Below are positions 1-9,865 of a stretch of 64,000 nucleotides of DNA, in pieces. The position numbers and the translations under genes were made by a program. This DNA comes from Alphaproteobacteria bacterium (GTDB lineage Bacteria; Pseudomonadota; Alphaproteobacteria; CALKHQ01). The first letter of the stretch is position 1; every line of letters starts with the position of its first letter. Location: positions 2,464,001-2,528,000 of the forward strand of contig CBDDFZ010000001.1 of assembly GCA_965227515.1 (NCBI GenBank), given 5' to 3'. The notes beneath the pieces are model-generated. The model saw only the letters and a list, made by a program, of their open reading frames with translations, was not told where the DNA came from and did no database searches.

Positions 1-174
1 CTCCACTGCAATGGCGACTTCGACGAGATGCAGGCGGTGGCGGCGGCCATGCCGGCGCTGACCGAGCGGGCGCAAGCACGGCTCGCCCTGGCCGAAAGCA
101 ACCGCCAGGCAGGGTTCGCCACCGGCTTCGATCCGGTGGTGGCAGAAGCGCGGCTTGCGGAACTGCTGGGATAG
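1..174 (+). CDS. nagZ: 3' end of probable beta-N-acetylhexosaminidase (partial)
   Basis: Frame 1 reads LHCNGDFDEMQAVAAAMPAL...AELLG*; LHCNG motif and position upstream of scpA fit alphaproteobacterial nagZ. Confidence 0.65.
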   Translation, partial: LHCNGDFDEMQAVAAAMPALTERAQARLALAESNRQAGFATGFDPVVAEARLAELLG

Positions 175-257
175 CGTCTATGTCACTCGCCGGTACCGCA
201 GCCGATGGCAAGGGCGGTATCGGCCAAGACGGCATTTCCCCCAACGGCTGAGCGTGC

Positions 258-1049
258 ATGGCTGAGCAACTGAGCGACAACTGGGACGAACCGGCGGAAT
301 CCCCCGCGCAGATGGCGCTGTTCATCGATGTGGAGGGGTTCGAGGGTCCGCTCGACCTGCTGCTGTCGCTGGCGCGCGAGCAGAAGGTCGACCTGCGCCA
401 TATCTCGATCCTGGCGCTGGCCGACCAGTACATAAGCTTCGTCGAGCGGGTGAAGGAACTGCAGATCGAGCTTGCCGCCGACTATCTGGTGATGGCGGCG
501 TGGCTCGCCTATTTGAAGTCGCGCCTGCTGCTGCCGCAGCCCGAGGCCGATGGCGAGCCCTCGCCGGACGAGATGGCGGCAGCACTCGCCTATCACCTGC
601 AACGGCTGCAGGCGATGCAGGACGCCGGGCGGCACCTGATGCGCCAGCCGCTGCTGGGCGGCGACCGCCTGGTGCGGGGCGCGCCCGAGCCGCTCAAGAT
701 TATCACGCGCAACACCTACGACGTCTCGCTTTATGACCTGCTGGAGGCCTATGGCGCGCAGTACAGGCGCAAGACCGACACGGTGCTGCGCATCCCGCCT
801 CCCAACCTCTATTCGATGGAAGAGGCGCTGCAGCGCCTGACCACCATGCTGGGCGGGCTGCCGGGCGATATCGAGAGCTGGACCGAGCTGTCGAGCTTCC
901 TGCCGGAGACCTTGCGCGGCGGGCTGGTCGGCCGGTCGGCCATCGCGGCGACCTTCGCCGCCAGCCTGGAACTGGCGCGCTCAGGCCACGCCGAGCTGCG
1001 GCAGGATCACGCCTTCGGGCCGATCTTCCTGCGCGCGCGGCGCCACTAG
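258..1049 (+). CDS. scpA: Segregation and condensation protein A
   Basis: FEGPLDLLL, AADYLVMAAWLAYLKSRLLLP, TFAASLEL motifs. Confidence 0.95.
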   Translation: MAEQLSDNWDEPAESPAQMALFIDVEGFEGPLDLLLSLAREQKVDLRHISILALADQYISFVERVKELQIELAADYLVMAAWLAYLKSRLLLPQPEADGEPSPDEMAAALAYHLQRLQAMQDAGRHLMRQPLLGGDRLVRGAPEPLKIITRNTYDVSLYDLLEAYGAQYRRKTDTVLRIPPPNLYSMEEALQRLTTMLGGLPGDIESWTELSSFLPETLRGGLVGRSAIAATFAASLELARSGHAELRQDHAFGPIFLRARRH

Positions 1050-1084
1050 CGCCAGCCAGACGTAGCGCAAAGCAGATTGCCACG

Positions 1085-1795
1085 ATGGACCAGGACCAGA
1101 TCGAGCACTACACGCGGCTGATCGAGGCGATCCTTTTCGCCTCGGCCGATCCGGTGGACGAGGCCAGCCTGGCGCGCCATCTGCCGGCCGGTATCGAGCT
1201 TGCCGACATTATGGGCCACCTGTCCGCGCTCTATGCCGGGCGCGGCGTCGAGCTCGGCAAGGTCGGGCGAAGCTGGGCGTTCCGCACCGCCGCCGACCTG
1301 GCGCCCCTGATGCAGGTGGAGAAGGCGGAGACCCGCAAGCTGTCGCGCGCCGCGGTCGAGGTGCTGGCGATCATCGCCTATCACCAGCCGATCACCCGCC
1401 ACGAGATCGAGGAGATCCGCGGCGTGTCGGTCTCGCGCGGCACCTTCGACACGCTGCTGGAAGCGAAATGGATCAGGCCGCGCGGCCGGCGCAAGTCGCC
1501 GGGCCGGCCGATGACCTGGGGCACGACGCCCGGCTTCCTGGATCATTTCGGCCTGGAGACCTTGGACGCGCTGCCGGGTCTGGACGAGCTGAAGGCGGCC
1601 GGCCTGCTCGACACGCGGCCGGCGGCGGTCGCCTACGCCGCGCAGTCCGATGTCGACGAGGGCGACGGCTTTGCCGGCGACCTGGACCCCGACGATGACG
1701 AGGACGATATCGACCAGGCGGCCCTCGACCTCGACGATATGTTCGAGGAAGGCGAGGGCGAGGATGTCGACCCACGTGATGGCGCGGCCGATTGA
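1085..1795 (+). CDS. scpB: SMC-Scp complex subunit ScpB, acidic C-terminal tail
   Basis: IEAILFAS, LSRAAVEVLAIIAYHQPITRHEIEEIRGV, GRPMTWGTT..FLDHFGL. Confidence 0.95.
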   Translation: MDQDQIEHYTRLIEAILFASADPVDEASLARHLPAGIELADIMGHLSALYAGRGVELGKVGRSWAFRTAADLAPLMQVEKAETRKLSRAAVEVLAIIAYHQPITRHEIEEIRGVSVSRGTFDTLLEAKWIRPRGRRKSPGRPMTWGTTPGFLDHFGLETLDALPGLDELKAAGLLDTRPAAVAYAAQSDVDEGDGFAGDLDPDDDEDDIDQAALDLDDMFEEGEGEDVDPRDGAAD

Positions 1796-1839
1796 GCGTC
1801 AGGTGTCTGATGAGCCAAGTGTCTGATGACGGGCGACCG

Positions 1840-2964
1840 ATGCTGGAACTGAAACACATCAGCCGCGCCTATGGCGACGTACGTGCTGTGATCGATGCCG
1901 ATCTGGACGTGGCGCTGGGCGAGGTGGTGTGCCTGCTGGGCCCGTCCGGTTGCGGCAAGACAACGCTGCTGCGGGTTGCCGCGGGCCTGGAGCATCCGGA
2001 CAGCGGCGAGGTCTGGATCGACGGCAAGCGCGCTGCCGACCGCAGCGGGGGGCTGCCGCCGGAAAGCCGCAGCATCGGGCTGGTGTTCCAGGACTTCGCC
2101 CTGTTCCCGCACCTGAACGTGGCCGACAACGTCGCGTTCGGCATGTCCAAGGTGCCGCCCGGCGGCCGCCGCAAGGCCGTCGACACCCTGCTGGAGCAGA
2201 TGGGCATGGCGGGCAGCGGCACGCGCTTCCCGCACATGCTCTCCGGCGGGCAGCAGCAACGGGTGGCGCTGGCCCGCGCGCTTGCGCCGAAGCCCCACGT
2301 CATGCTGCTGGACGAGCCGTTCTCCGGCCTCGACCGCCAGCTTCGCGAGGCAGTCCGCGACGAAGCGCTGCACCACCTGAAGGGCAGCGGTGCCGCCTCG
2401 CTGCTGGTCACCCACGACGCCGAGGAGGCGATGTTCATGGCCGACCGGATCGCGGTGATGCGCGCCGGACGGATCATCCAGGTCGGCGGGCCCGACGAGC
2501 TCTATTACCGGCCGGCGACGGCGTTCGTCGCCTCGTTCCTGGGCGACGCCAACGTGGTCCGCGCCAAGATGCAGCGCGGCCGGCCGGATCTGCCGCTGCC
2601 GCTGCCGGGCCAGGCGCACGGCCTGGGCGCCGACACGCTGCCGGACGGCACCGAGGTCGACGTGATCGTGCGTCCGGAAGGGCTGCGCCTGACGCCGGAC
2701 ACGGTCGCCGATGCGACCGAGGCGCGGGTGCTGGCCTCGCGTTTTCTGGGCCGCACCAGCCTGGTGCACCTGAGCATTCCCTATCGCGGGAACGATCGCA
2801 GGCCTGAAGATGCGGCTGAAGCCCCCCCCTCGAACGGTGCCGCGAACGACCTGCACCTCCATGCGCGGGTGCCCGGCCGCTATCTTCCGGAGGAGGGTGC
2901 GGCGCTTTCGGTAACGGTCGATCCGCAATTGGCATTTGTATTTCGGGCCGACCATCCGATATGA
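1840..2964 (+). CDS. ABC transporter ATP-binding protein (FbpC/PotA-like)
   Basis: Walker A GPSGCGKTT, LSGGQQQRVALARAL, LLDEPFS; start uncertain (1792-1840). Confidence 0.88.
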   Translation: MLELKHISRAYGDVRAVIDADLDVALGEVVCLLGPSGCGKTTLLRVAAGLEHPDSGEVWIDGKRAADRSGGLPPESRSIGLVFQDFALFPHLNVADNVAFGMSKVPPGGRRKAVDTLLEQMGMAGSGTRFPHMLSGGQQQRVALARALAPKPHVMLLDEPFSGLDRQLREAVRDEALHHLKGSGAASLLVTHDAEEAMFMADRIAVMRAGRIIQVGGPDELYYRPATAFVASFLGDANVVRAKMQRGRPDLPLPLPGQAHGLGADTLPDGTEVDVIVRPEGLRLTPDTVADATEARVLASRFLGRTSLVHLSIPYRGNDRRPEDAAEAPPSNGAANDLHLHARVPGRYLPEEGAALSVTVDPQLAFVFRADHPI

Positions 2965-3092
2965 CACGTCATGAAGGCCGTGCGGCCGGGGCCGCATTGC
3001 AAGCACGGGCCGGTATCTGCCATAATCGGAATGACCGGTTGCCGACGCAGGCGCGGGGCAGGATTGTCTGGCGCGCCTAAGGGAGAGCGAAA

Positions 3093-3323
3093 ATGGGTTT
3101 GAGTGTCTGGCAAATCTTGATCATCGTTGCGGTGGTCATCTTGCTGTTCGGGGCGGGCAAGATTCCGCGGCTGGCGCGCGACATGGGTTCGGGCATCAAT
3201 GCCTTCAAGAAGGGTTTGAAGGAGAGCGAGTCCGGAGGCTCCAAGGCGCAGGCCGACGCGATTGAGTCCACGTCGACCACGACCGTTGACAGCACGGCCA
3301 AGGACGAGGCGGCGAAGAGCTGA
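3093..3323 (+). CDS. tatA: Twin-arginine translocase TatA
   Basis: WQILII..VILLFGAGKIPRLARDMGSGINAFKKG. Confidence 0.95.
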   Translation: MGLSVWQILIIVAVVILLFGAGKIPRLARDMGSGINAFKKGLKESESGGSKAQADAIESTSTTTVDSTAKDEAAKS

Positions 3324-3409
3324 CGCCGTTCTTGCGCGGCGGCCGGGGGTGGCCGCGTGTATTCCAGTGACCTCCGTCGAAGGACGGATGGCGGCCTGAC
3401 GGACGGGGC

Positions 3410-4429
3410 ATGTTAGATTTCGGGTGGACCGAACTGCTGATGATCGCGATCGTCGCGGTTGTGATCATCGGGCCAAAAGACCTGCCCAAGGCCATGGCCT
3501 CGGTCGGCCAGTGGGTGCGCAAGCTGCGTGGCATGGCGAAGGACTTCCAGGGCCAGGTCGATGACGCGGTCAAGGGCACCGAACTGGAAGGCATCACCAA
3601 GACCGCGCGCACCGTCAACAAGTACACGGTCAACCGCAAGCTTAGCAGCCTTGTCGATCCGAAGGGCGCGATCAAGAACGCCCTGACGGAGACGAAGGAG
3701 GTCGCGAATGCCTCGCTGGCACCGCCGACGGAGTTGACCACGGCGAAGGAGGCGAAGGCGGGGTCTGCCACGACTGCGCTGACGTCTTCGAGCACGACGA
3801 CGGCGCTGGCGGATAACGACGTCGCCACCGCGGCGATGGCCGGGACCGCGGGCGCGGCGGCGAAGGCCTCCGGCACCTCGTCCGCGAAGAAGCCGGCGGC
3901 GAAGCGGAAGTCGGCGGCGAAATCCACGACCGCCAAATCGACCACGGCCAAGTCGACCACGGCCAAGTCGACCACGGCTAAGTCGACTTCGGCCAAGTCC
4001 ACCGCCGCCAAGAAGCCTGCCGCCAAGAAGCCCGCCGCCGCGAAACCCGCTGCTGCGAAGACGGGCGGCGCGAAGGCGGCGCCCAAGTCCACAAAGACGG
4101 CGGCCTCGAAGACCTCGGCCAAGAAACCGGCGGCGGCGAAAGCGCCCGCCAGCAAGAGCACGGCCGCCAGCAAGAGCACGGCTGCCAAGCCAGCGGCCAA
4201 AAAGGCGGCCCCCAAAAAGGCGGCCCCCAAGAAGGCCCCGGCCAAGAAGACGGTGGCAAAACCGGCCGCCAATGGCGCCGCCACTAGCTCGACCTCGGGC
4301 GCGACCGCGAGCGACGCCTCCTCCGCGAACGGCGCCAAGCCGGCGACCCGCCGCCGTCGCGCGACCCCGTCCAAGACAGCCACGACCTCGGGCAGCGATG
4401 CACCGAAGGCGGCGGCGTCCAACACCTGA
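3410..4429 (+). CDS. tatB: Twin-arginine translocase TatB with long Ala/Lys/Thr-rich tail
   Basis: MLDFGWTELLMIAIVAVVIIGPKDLP N-terminus; between tatA and tatC. Confidence 0.92.
   Translation: MLDFGWTELLMIAIVAVVIIGPKDLPKAMASVGQWVRKLRGMAKDFQGQVDDAVKGTELEGITKTARTVNKYTVNRKLSSLVDPKGAIKNALTETKEVANASLAPPTELTTAKEAKAGSATTALTSSSTTTALADNDVATAAMAGTAGAAAKASGTSSAKKPAAKRKSAAKSTTAKSTTAKSTTAKSTTAKSTSAKSTAAKKPAAKKPAAAKPAAAKTGGAKAAPKSTKTAASKTSAKKPAAAKAPASKSTAASKSTAAKPAAKKAAPKKAAPKKAPAKKTVAKPAANGAATSSTSGATASDASSANGAKPATRRRRATPSKTATTSGSDAPKAAASNT
3917..4006 (+). repeat. 15-bp tandem coding repeat (AKSTT-like x6) in tatB
   Basis: gccaagtcgaccacg-like units repeated six times. Confidence 0.85.
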
Positions 4430-4446
4430 TCCGGGCCGTCTGAACC

Positions 4447-5361
4447 ATGGCGGAGGCCGTCGAAGACCACAAAATGTCGCTGATCGAGCACCTGACGGAG
4501 CTCCGGCAGCGCCTGATGTACGCCGTGGCCGCGTTCCTGGTCGCCTTTGGCGTGTGCTGGTACTTCGCCAGCGATATCTACGCCTTCCTGGCTGCGCCGC
4601 TGATGGACGTGCTGCAGGAGCGCGGCCAGGACACCGGCATGGTCTACACGGCCCTGTGGGAGGCGTTCTTTACCGAGATCAAGGTCGCCTTCTTCGCCGG
4701 CATCTGCCTGTCCTTCCCGTTCATCGCCACCCAGATCTGGCTGTTCGTGGCGCCGGGCCTGTACTCGAAGGAAAAGCGCGCGTTCCTGCCGTTCCTGATC
4801 GCGACGCCCGTCTTGTTCGTGATGGGCGCGGCGTTCGTCTACTACTTCATCTTCCCGCTGGCCTGGGATTTCTTCGTCAGCTTCCAGTCCGATGGCACCG
4901 ACGGGTCGGTCCGCCAGGACCTGCTGCCGAAGATCAACGAATACCTGTCGATCGTGATGAAGCTGATCTTCGCGTTCGGCCTGTCGTTCGAGCTGCCGGT
5001 GCTGCTGACCCTGATGGCGCGCGTGGGCCTGGTCAGCGCGGAAGGCCTGGGCAAGAAGCGCAAATACGCCATCGTCATCATCGTCGCGGTCGCAGCCCTG
5101 ATCACGCCGCCCGACGTCATCAGCCAGGTCGGCCTCGCGATCCCGATCCTGATCCTCTATGAGATTTCAATCGTCCTCGCACGCGCTGTCGAGAAGAAGC
5201 GCAAGGCGGCGGAAGAGGCGTTCTACGCCGACATCCGGGGCGAGACCGCGGCCTCGGCCAGCGCCGACGGGACCGCCGATGCCGATGCACCGCCGGCCTA
5301 TGACGACCGCGACACCATCGGCCTCGACGCCACCGACTTCAGCTACGCAAAGCGTTCTTGA
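4447..5361 (+). CDS. tatC: Twin-arginine translocase TatC
   Basis: MSLIEHLTELRQRL, FVAPGLY..EKR, FELPV, ITPPD. Confidence 0.96.
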   Translation: MAEAVEDHKMSLIEHLTELRQRLMYAVAAFLVAFGVCWYFASDIYAFLAAPLMDVLQERGQDTGMVYTALWEAFFTEIKVAFFAGICLSFPFIATQIWLFVAPGLYSKEKRAFLPFLIATPVLFVMGAAFVYYFIFPLAWDFFVSFQSDGTDGSVRQDLLPKINEYLSIVMKLIFAFGLSFELPVLLTLMARVGLVSAEGLGKKRKYAIVIIVAVAALITPPDVISQVGLAIPILILYEISIVLARAVEKKRKAAEEAFYADIRGETAASASADGTADADAPPAYDDRDTIGLDATDFSYAKRS

Positions 5362-5486
5362 TTCAGGATCAGCTGACGCTGAGTCGGCACCGGCCCTCTC
5401 CCCCACCCGGCCGCCCAACGGTAGTATCCTGTCTGGGTGGCCGGGTGGGGGAGAGGGCTGGAGCCGACTTGCAAGATCATGCTCAA
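5358..5486. repeat. Palindromic MITE-like repeat family A, copy 1
   Basis: Stem agtcggcaccggccctctcccccacccggccgccca (5382-5417) / tgggtggccgggtgggggagagggctggagccgact (5434-5469); similar to copies at 24614, 51579, 56585. Confidence 0.85.
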
Positions 5487-5676
5487 AGCGCCTCGTCCAC
5501 CGGCTCGCCTGGGCCGGTCATGTGCAGCGCTGCCACACTTCTCCTGGCGTGTTGCCGGATCGGTTAGCCCCGCTCCACAAGTTGCTCAACAGCCTGCTAT
5601 AACCCCAGCGCGCCCCGACTCACCGGGTCTTCCTGACCGGGGCTTCGCAAACACCTCGAGCGCACGAGCGACTGCC

Positions 5677-6954
5677 ATGCATGACATCCGATGGATTCGC
5701 GATCACGGCGACGCCTTCGATGCCGCGATGCAGCGGCGCGGCCTCGCCCCGCAGGCCGACGACATCCTGGCCAAGGATGCTGCCACCCGCGAGCTGACGA
5801 CCCGGCTGCAGGAAATGCAGACCCGGCGCAACGAGGCATCGCGATCGATCGGCCAGATCAAGAAGGAGGGCGGCGACGCCAGTGCGGTGATTGCCGAGGT
5901 CGGCGCGCTGAAGGAGGCGATGCCCGGTGTCGAGGCGGGCCTGCGCGAGGCCGAGCAAGGGCGCGAGGACCTGCTGACCGGGCTGCCCAACCTGCCCGAC
6001 GACGAGGTGCCGGACGGCCCCGACGAGACCGCGAACCTGGAGCTGCGGTCGTGGGGCTCGCCGCGTTCGTTCAACTATCAGGCAAGGCCGCACGACGAGC
6101 TCGGCGACCTGATCGGCGGCATGGACTTCCGCCGTGCCGCGCAACTCGCCGGCGCGCGGTTCGTCGTGCTCAGCGGCCCGATCGCGCGGCTGGAGCGCGC
6201 GTTGGGCGACCTGATGCTGGACATGCAGACCCGCGAGCACGGCTACACCGAAGTGTCGCCGCCATTGCTGGTCAACACCGCGACCCTGTTCGGCACCGGC
6301 CAGCTGCCGAAGTTCGCCGAGGACCAGTTCCGCACCACCGATGACCGCTGGCTGATCCCGACCGCCGAGGTGTCGCTGACCAACCTGGTCGCCGACAGCA
6401 TCGTCGACGAGGCCGAACTGCCGATGCGGTTCACGGCGCGCACGCCGTGCTTCCGGTCGGAGGCGGGCGCCGCCGGCAAGGACACCCGCGGCATGATCCG
6501 CCAGCACCAGTTCACCAAGGTCGAGCTGGTGTCGATCACCACGCCGGAGAGCTCGCGCGACGAGCACGAGCGCATGACCGGCTGCGCGGAGGCGGTGCTG
6601 AAGGCGCTGGAGTTGCCCTATCGCGCGGTCAGCCTGTGCACCGGCGACCTCGGCTTCTCGGCCCACCGGACCTACGACCTGGAGGTGTGGCTGCCCAGCC
6701 AGGAGCGCTATCGCGAGATTTCAAGCTGTTCGAACTGCGGTGCCTTCCAGGCACGGCGCATGAAGGCGCGGTATCGCCGTGCCGCCGACCAGTCGGTCGA
6801 TTTCGTCCACACGTTGAACGGGTCCGGCCTGGCCGTCGGCCGGACCTTGATCGCGGTGATGGAGAACTATCAGAACCAGGACGGCTCCATCACCGTGCCA
6901 GAGGCGCTGCGGCCCTATTTGGACGGTCTCGAACGGATAGGACCCGATGCTTAA
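5677..6954 (+). CDS. serS: Serine--tRNA ligase
   Basis: MHDIRWIR start; [41 protein letters not shown]. Confidence 0.97.
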   Translation: MHDIRWIRDHGDAFDAAMQRRGLAPQADDILAKDAATRELTTRLQEMQTRRNEASRSIGQIKKEGGDASAVIAEVGALKEAMPGVEAGLREAEQGREDLLTGLPNLPDDEVPDGPDETANLELRSWGSPRSFNYQARPHDELGDLIGGMDFRRAAQLAGARFVVLSGPIARLERALGDLMLDMQTREHGYTEVSPPLLVNTATLFGTGQLPKFAEDQFRTTDDRWLIPTAEVSLTNLVADSIVDEAELPMRFTARTPCFRSEAGAAGKDTRGMIRQHQFTKVELVSITTPESSRDEHERMTGCAEAVLKALELPYRAVSLCTGDLGFSAHRTYDLEVWLPSQERYREISSCSNCGAFQARRMKARYRRAADQSVDFVHTLNGSGLAVGRTLIAVMENYQNQDGSITVPEALRPYLDGLERIGPDA

Positions 6955-7726
6955 GACCCCTTTTGACCTGAACGGAAAGCGCATCCTGATCGCCAACGAC
7001 GACGGGATCGATTCCCCCGGCATCGAGGCGCTGGAACGGGTGGCGCGGCAATTCACCGACGATGTGTGGGTGGTGGCGCCGTCCACCGAGCAGAGTGCCA
7101 TGAGCCACTCGCTGACCATCCGCCGGCCCTTGCGGCTGCGCAAGGTCGACGACCGCCACTTCGCGGTCGACGGCACGCCGACCGACTGCGTGGTGATGGC
7201 GCTGCGCAGCATCCTGGCCGATCACCAGCCCGACATCATCTTCTCCGGCGTCAACCGCGGCGCCAACATGGCCGAGGACGTGGTCTATTCCGGCACGGTC
7301 GCGGCCGCGATCGAGGGCACCATGCTGGGCATCCCGTCGATCGCGTACAGCCAGGTGACCCCGCGCAACGAGCACTCGAAATGGGCGACGGCTGAGCGCT
7401 TCGCCGGCGAGGTCGCCAAGCGGGTCGTGTCGGTCGACTGGCCCGAGGACACGCTGATCAACGTGAACTTCCCGCCGATCGATCCCGACCAGGTGACCGG
7501 CATGGAGGTCGTGCCGCTGGGCCGCCGCGACGACAAGATGAAGGTGGAGGAGCGGCCGGACCCGTACGGCAACCCCTACTACTGGCTGGTCGACTACGCC
7601 AGCGACGACACCCGCCACGCGGACAACGACCTGTCGACCGTGGCGGCCGGGCGCGTCGCCATCACGCCGCTCAGGATCGACATCACCCACGAAACCCAGC
7701 TCAAGCACTTCGCGGCGGCGTTCTAA
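6947..7726 (+). CDS. surE: 5'/3'-nucleotidase SurE
   Basis: [33 protein letters not shown]. Confidence 0.96.
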   Translation: MLKTPFDLNGKRILIANDDGIDSPGIEALERVARQFTDDVWVVAPSTEQSAMSHSLTIRRPLRLRKVDDRHFAVDGTPTDCVVMALRSILADHQPDIIFSGVNRGANMAEDVVYSGTVAAAIEGTMLGIPSIAYSQVTPRNEHSKWATAERFAGEVAKRVVSVDWPEDTLINVNFPPIDPDQVTGMEVVPLGRRDDKMKVEERPDPYGNPYYWLVDYASDDTRHADNDLSTVAAGRVAITPLRIDITHETQLKHFAAAF

Positions 7727-8391
7727 TGAGTGTTGCGGCGCGCAAGATCCGGTTGATCATGGAGCTGCGCAATGCCGGCGTGACCAACACGGCCGTGCTG
7801 TCGGCCATCGAACTGGTGCCGCGCGAGATATTCCTGCCCGAGACGTTTCAGGACCGCGCCTATGACAACCGGGCGCTGCCGATCGGCCTTGGCCAGACCA
7901 TCAGCCAGCCGCTGGTGGTGGCGATCATGACCGACGCCCTGGAGCTTAACGACCGGATGAAGGTGCTGGAGATCGGCACCGGGTCCGGCTACCAGACCGC
8001 GATCCTGGCCCGGCTGTGCCGCCGGGTCTACACCATCGAGCGGCACAAGCCGCTGCTGCGCGAGGCCGAGGCGCGGCTGGAGACCCTGAAGGTCCGCAAC
8101 GTCACCACCCGCCATGCCGACGGCGCCAAGGGTTGGCCCGAGCAGGCCCCGTTCGAGCGCATCATCGTGACCGCCGCCGCCGCCGAACCGCCGCCCCGGC
8201 TGCTGGAGCAGCTGGCCGACGGCGGCATCATGGTGGTGCCGGTGGGCGGCAATGGCGACCAGGACCTGGTGCGCATTCGCCGCAAGGGCGATGCCTTCGA
8301 GACCGAGCACCTGTGCGGCGTGCGCTTCGTGCCGCTGGTGGAGGGCACGGATTTCCCGGCCAAGGCGGCTGCCGGCAATACTGCCCATTGA
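7726..8391 (+). CDS. pcm: Protein-L-isoaspartate O-methyltransferase
   Basis: GQTISQP, VLEIGTGSGYQTAILA, APFERIIVTAA, VRFVPL. Confidence 0.95.
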   Translation: MSVAARKIRLIMELRNAGVTNTAVLSAIELVPREIFLPETFQDRAYDNRALPIGLGQTISQPLVVAIMTDALELNDRMKVLEIGTGSGYQTAILARLCRRVYTIERHKPLLREAEARLETLKVRNVTTRHADGAKGWPEQAPFERIIVTAAAAEPPPRLLEQLADGGIMVVPVGGNGDQDLVRIRRKGDAFETEHLCGVRFVPLVEGTDFPAKAAAGNTAH

Positions 8392-8454
8392 TCGCCACAA
8401 TCGATCGCGTACGGTGGCCATGCAGGGTGTGACCACCGAGTCGCGAGGCGGTTC

Positions 8455-9651
8455 ATGCTTAAGATGATCATTGCGGCGGCCACGCTGGTGGCCGTTGCCG
8501 GTTGCGGATTCATAGGTGTGCCAGGGCGCACGCCGCCAACAAATACCACTGTCGGTGCCGCGAACCACCGGGTGCAAACCGGGGAGTCCATCTACTCGAT
8601 TGCCACACGCTATGGCACGACGGCGGAGGCGATTGCCGACAACAATGGGCTCGCACCGCCCTATACGCTGACGGCCGGGCAGACGCTGTTCATCCCGTCG
8701 AGCAGCAGCTACGTCGTGCAGCAGGGCGAAACGCTCTACGACATCGCCACCCGCCAGGGCGTCGACGTCGGCGAGTTGGCGCGCATCAATGGCATCGGCC
8801 TGCCCTACGAGGTGGCGCCGGGCCAGACGTTGCGCCTGCCGTACCACGCCACGTCGCTGGCATCCGGCCCGCTGCCCACCGGTCCGGTGCCGTCGGGTGA
8901 CGTGCAGGTCTCGGCGCTGGCCCCCAATGGCACGGTTGCCGGGCAAGGCGTGTATCCGATCCAGCCGCAAGTAGGCACTGCGTATCCGACCGCCGCGGTG
9001 GGGGCACCCCAGCCGCTGTACGATGCGCCGAGCGGGTCTCTCGCTGGCCCGGGCACTGGCGATATCGCGCTGTTGCCGCCGGCGTCGAACGGTCAGGTGC
9101 CGCCTCCGCCGCCGCCGAGCGATCTGGCGGTCACGCCGCCCGCCGACATCGTTCAGCCGGACGTTGCGTCGCCGCCCAGCCTGACCGCGCCGCAACTCGG
9201 CAGCGTCGATCTGCCGCCGTCGCCGGTGCAACCGAGCGAGCCTGCGGCTGTGGCGCCGGCGCCCGCTGCCACCGCCGGTGCCGCCGAGGGTTTCCTGTGG
9301 CCGGTGCGCGGCGACATCCTGTCGAACTTCGCGGCTGGCGGGGCCAATGACGGCATCAACATCGCAGCACCATCGGGCACCCCGGTGCGCGCCGCCGAGG
9401 CAGGCACGGTCGCCTATGTCGGCCAGGATATCGCCAGTTTCGGCAATCTGGTCCTGGTGCGTCACCAGAACGACTGGGTGACGGCCTACGCCCACAACGA
9501 GGCGGTGCTGGTGTCGGAGGGCGAGTCCGTGGCGCGCGGCCAGGTTATCGCGCGGGTCGGGCAGTCAGGCGATGTCTCGCAGCCGCAGCTGCACTTCGAG
9601 TTGCGCCGCGGCACAGACCCGGTCGACCCGATGCCGCACCTGCCGCAGTAG
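8455..9651 (+). CDS. nlpD: LysM / M23 peptidase lipoprotein (NlpD/DipM-like)
   Basis: Lipobox VAGC, two LysM repeats, Pro-rich linker, FLWPVRG...TAYAH...QLHFELR; follows surE-pcm. Confidence 0.85.
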   Translation: MLKMIIAAATLVAVAGCGFIGVPGRTPPTNTTVGAANHRVQTGESIYSIATRYGTTAEAIADNNGLAPPYTLTAGQTLFIPSSSSYVVQQGETLYDIATRQGVDVGELARINGIGLPYEVAPGQTLRLPYHATSLASGPLPTGPVPSGDVQVSALAPNGTVAGQGVYPIQPQVGTAYPTAAVGAPQPLYDAPSGSLAGPGTGDIALLPPASNGQVPPPPPPSDLAVTPPADIVQPDVASPPSLTAPQLGSVDLPPSPVQPSEPAAVAPAPAATAGAAEGFLWPVRGDILSNFAAGGANDGINIAAPSGTPVRAAEAGTVAYVGQDIASFGNLVLVRHQNDWVTAYAHNEAVLVSEGESVARGQVIARVGQSGDVSQPQLHFELRRGTDPVDPMPHLPQ

Positions 9652-9692
9652 CGGGCCTTCCCGTCTTGGGACGGGGCAAGTAGCACAAGTGG

Positions 9693-9833
9693 CCCTCACC
9701 CTCCCATCCGGCTGCGCCGGACGGGTCCCTCCCTCTCCCACTTCGCGGGAGAGGGGAATTAGCGCGCGACCAACTTTCCCTCTCCCCGTGTGGGAGAGGG
9801 AGGGGCGCGGCCGAAGGCTGGGAAGGTGAGGGG
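9693..9833. repeat. Inverted pair of REP-like palindromes (family C: CCCTCACC...CCCTCTCCC-loop-GGGAGAGGG)
   Basis: Copies 9693-9756 and 9778-9833 in opposite orientation between convergent genes; same family at 57878-58105. Confidence 0.8.
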
Positions 9834-9865
9834 GAGGCCGGCTGCCCGGATCTGACCGGGCGCCG

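Noticed and set aside
5382-5469. Repeat families as a possible CRISPR array
   Set aside because: Copies are dispersed long palindromes, not regularly spaced repeats with unique spacers; no cas genes
5437-5676. N-terminal extensions in the ORF track for serS (similarly rnr, mtnA, ruvX, gatB, drrA, RbsD/FucU)
   Set aside because: Extensions run through repeats or neighbouring genes; conserved domains start at downstream codons
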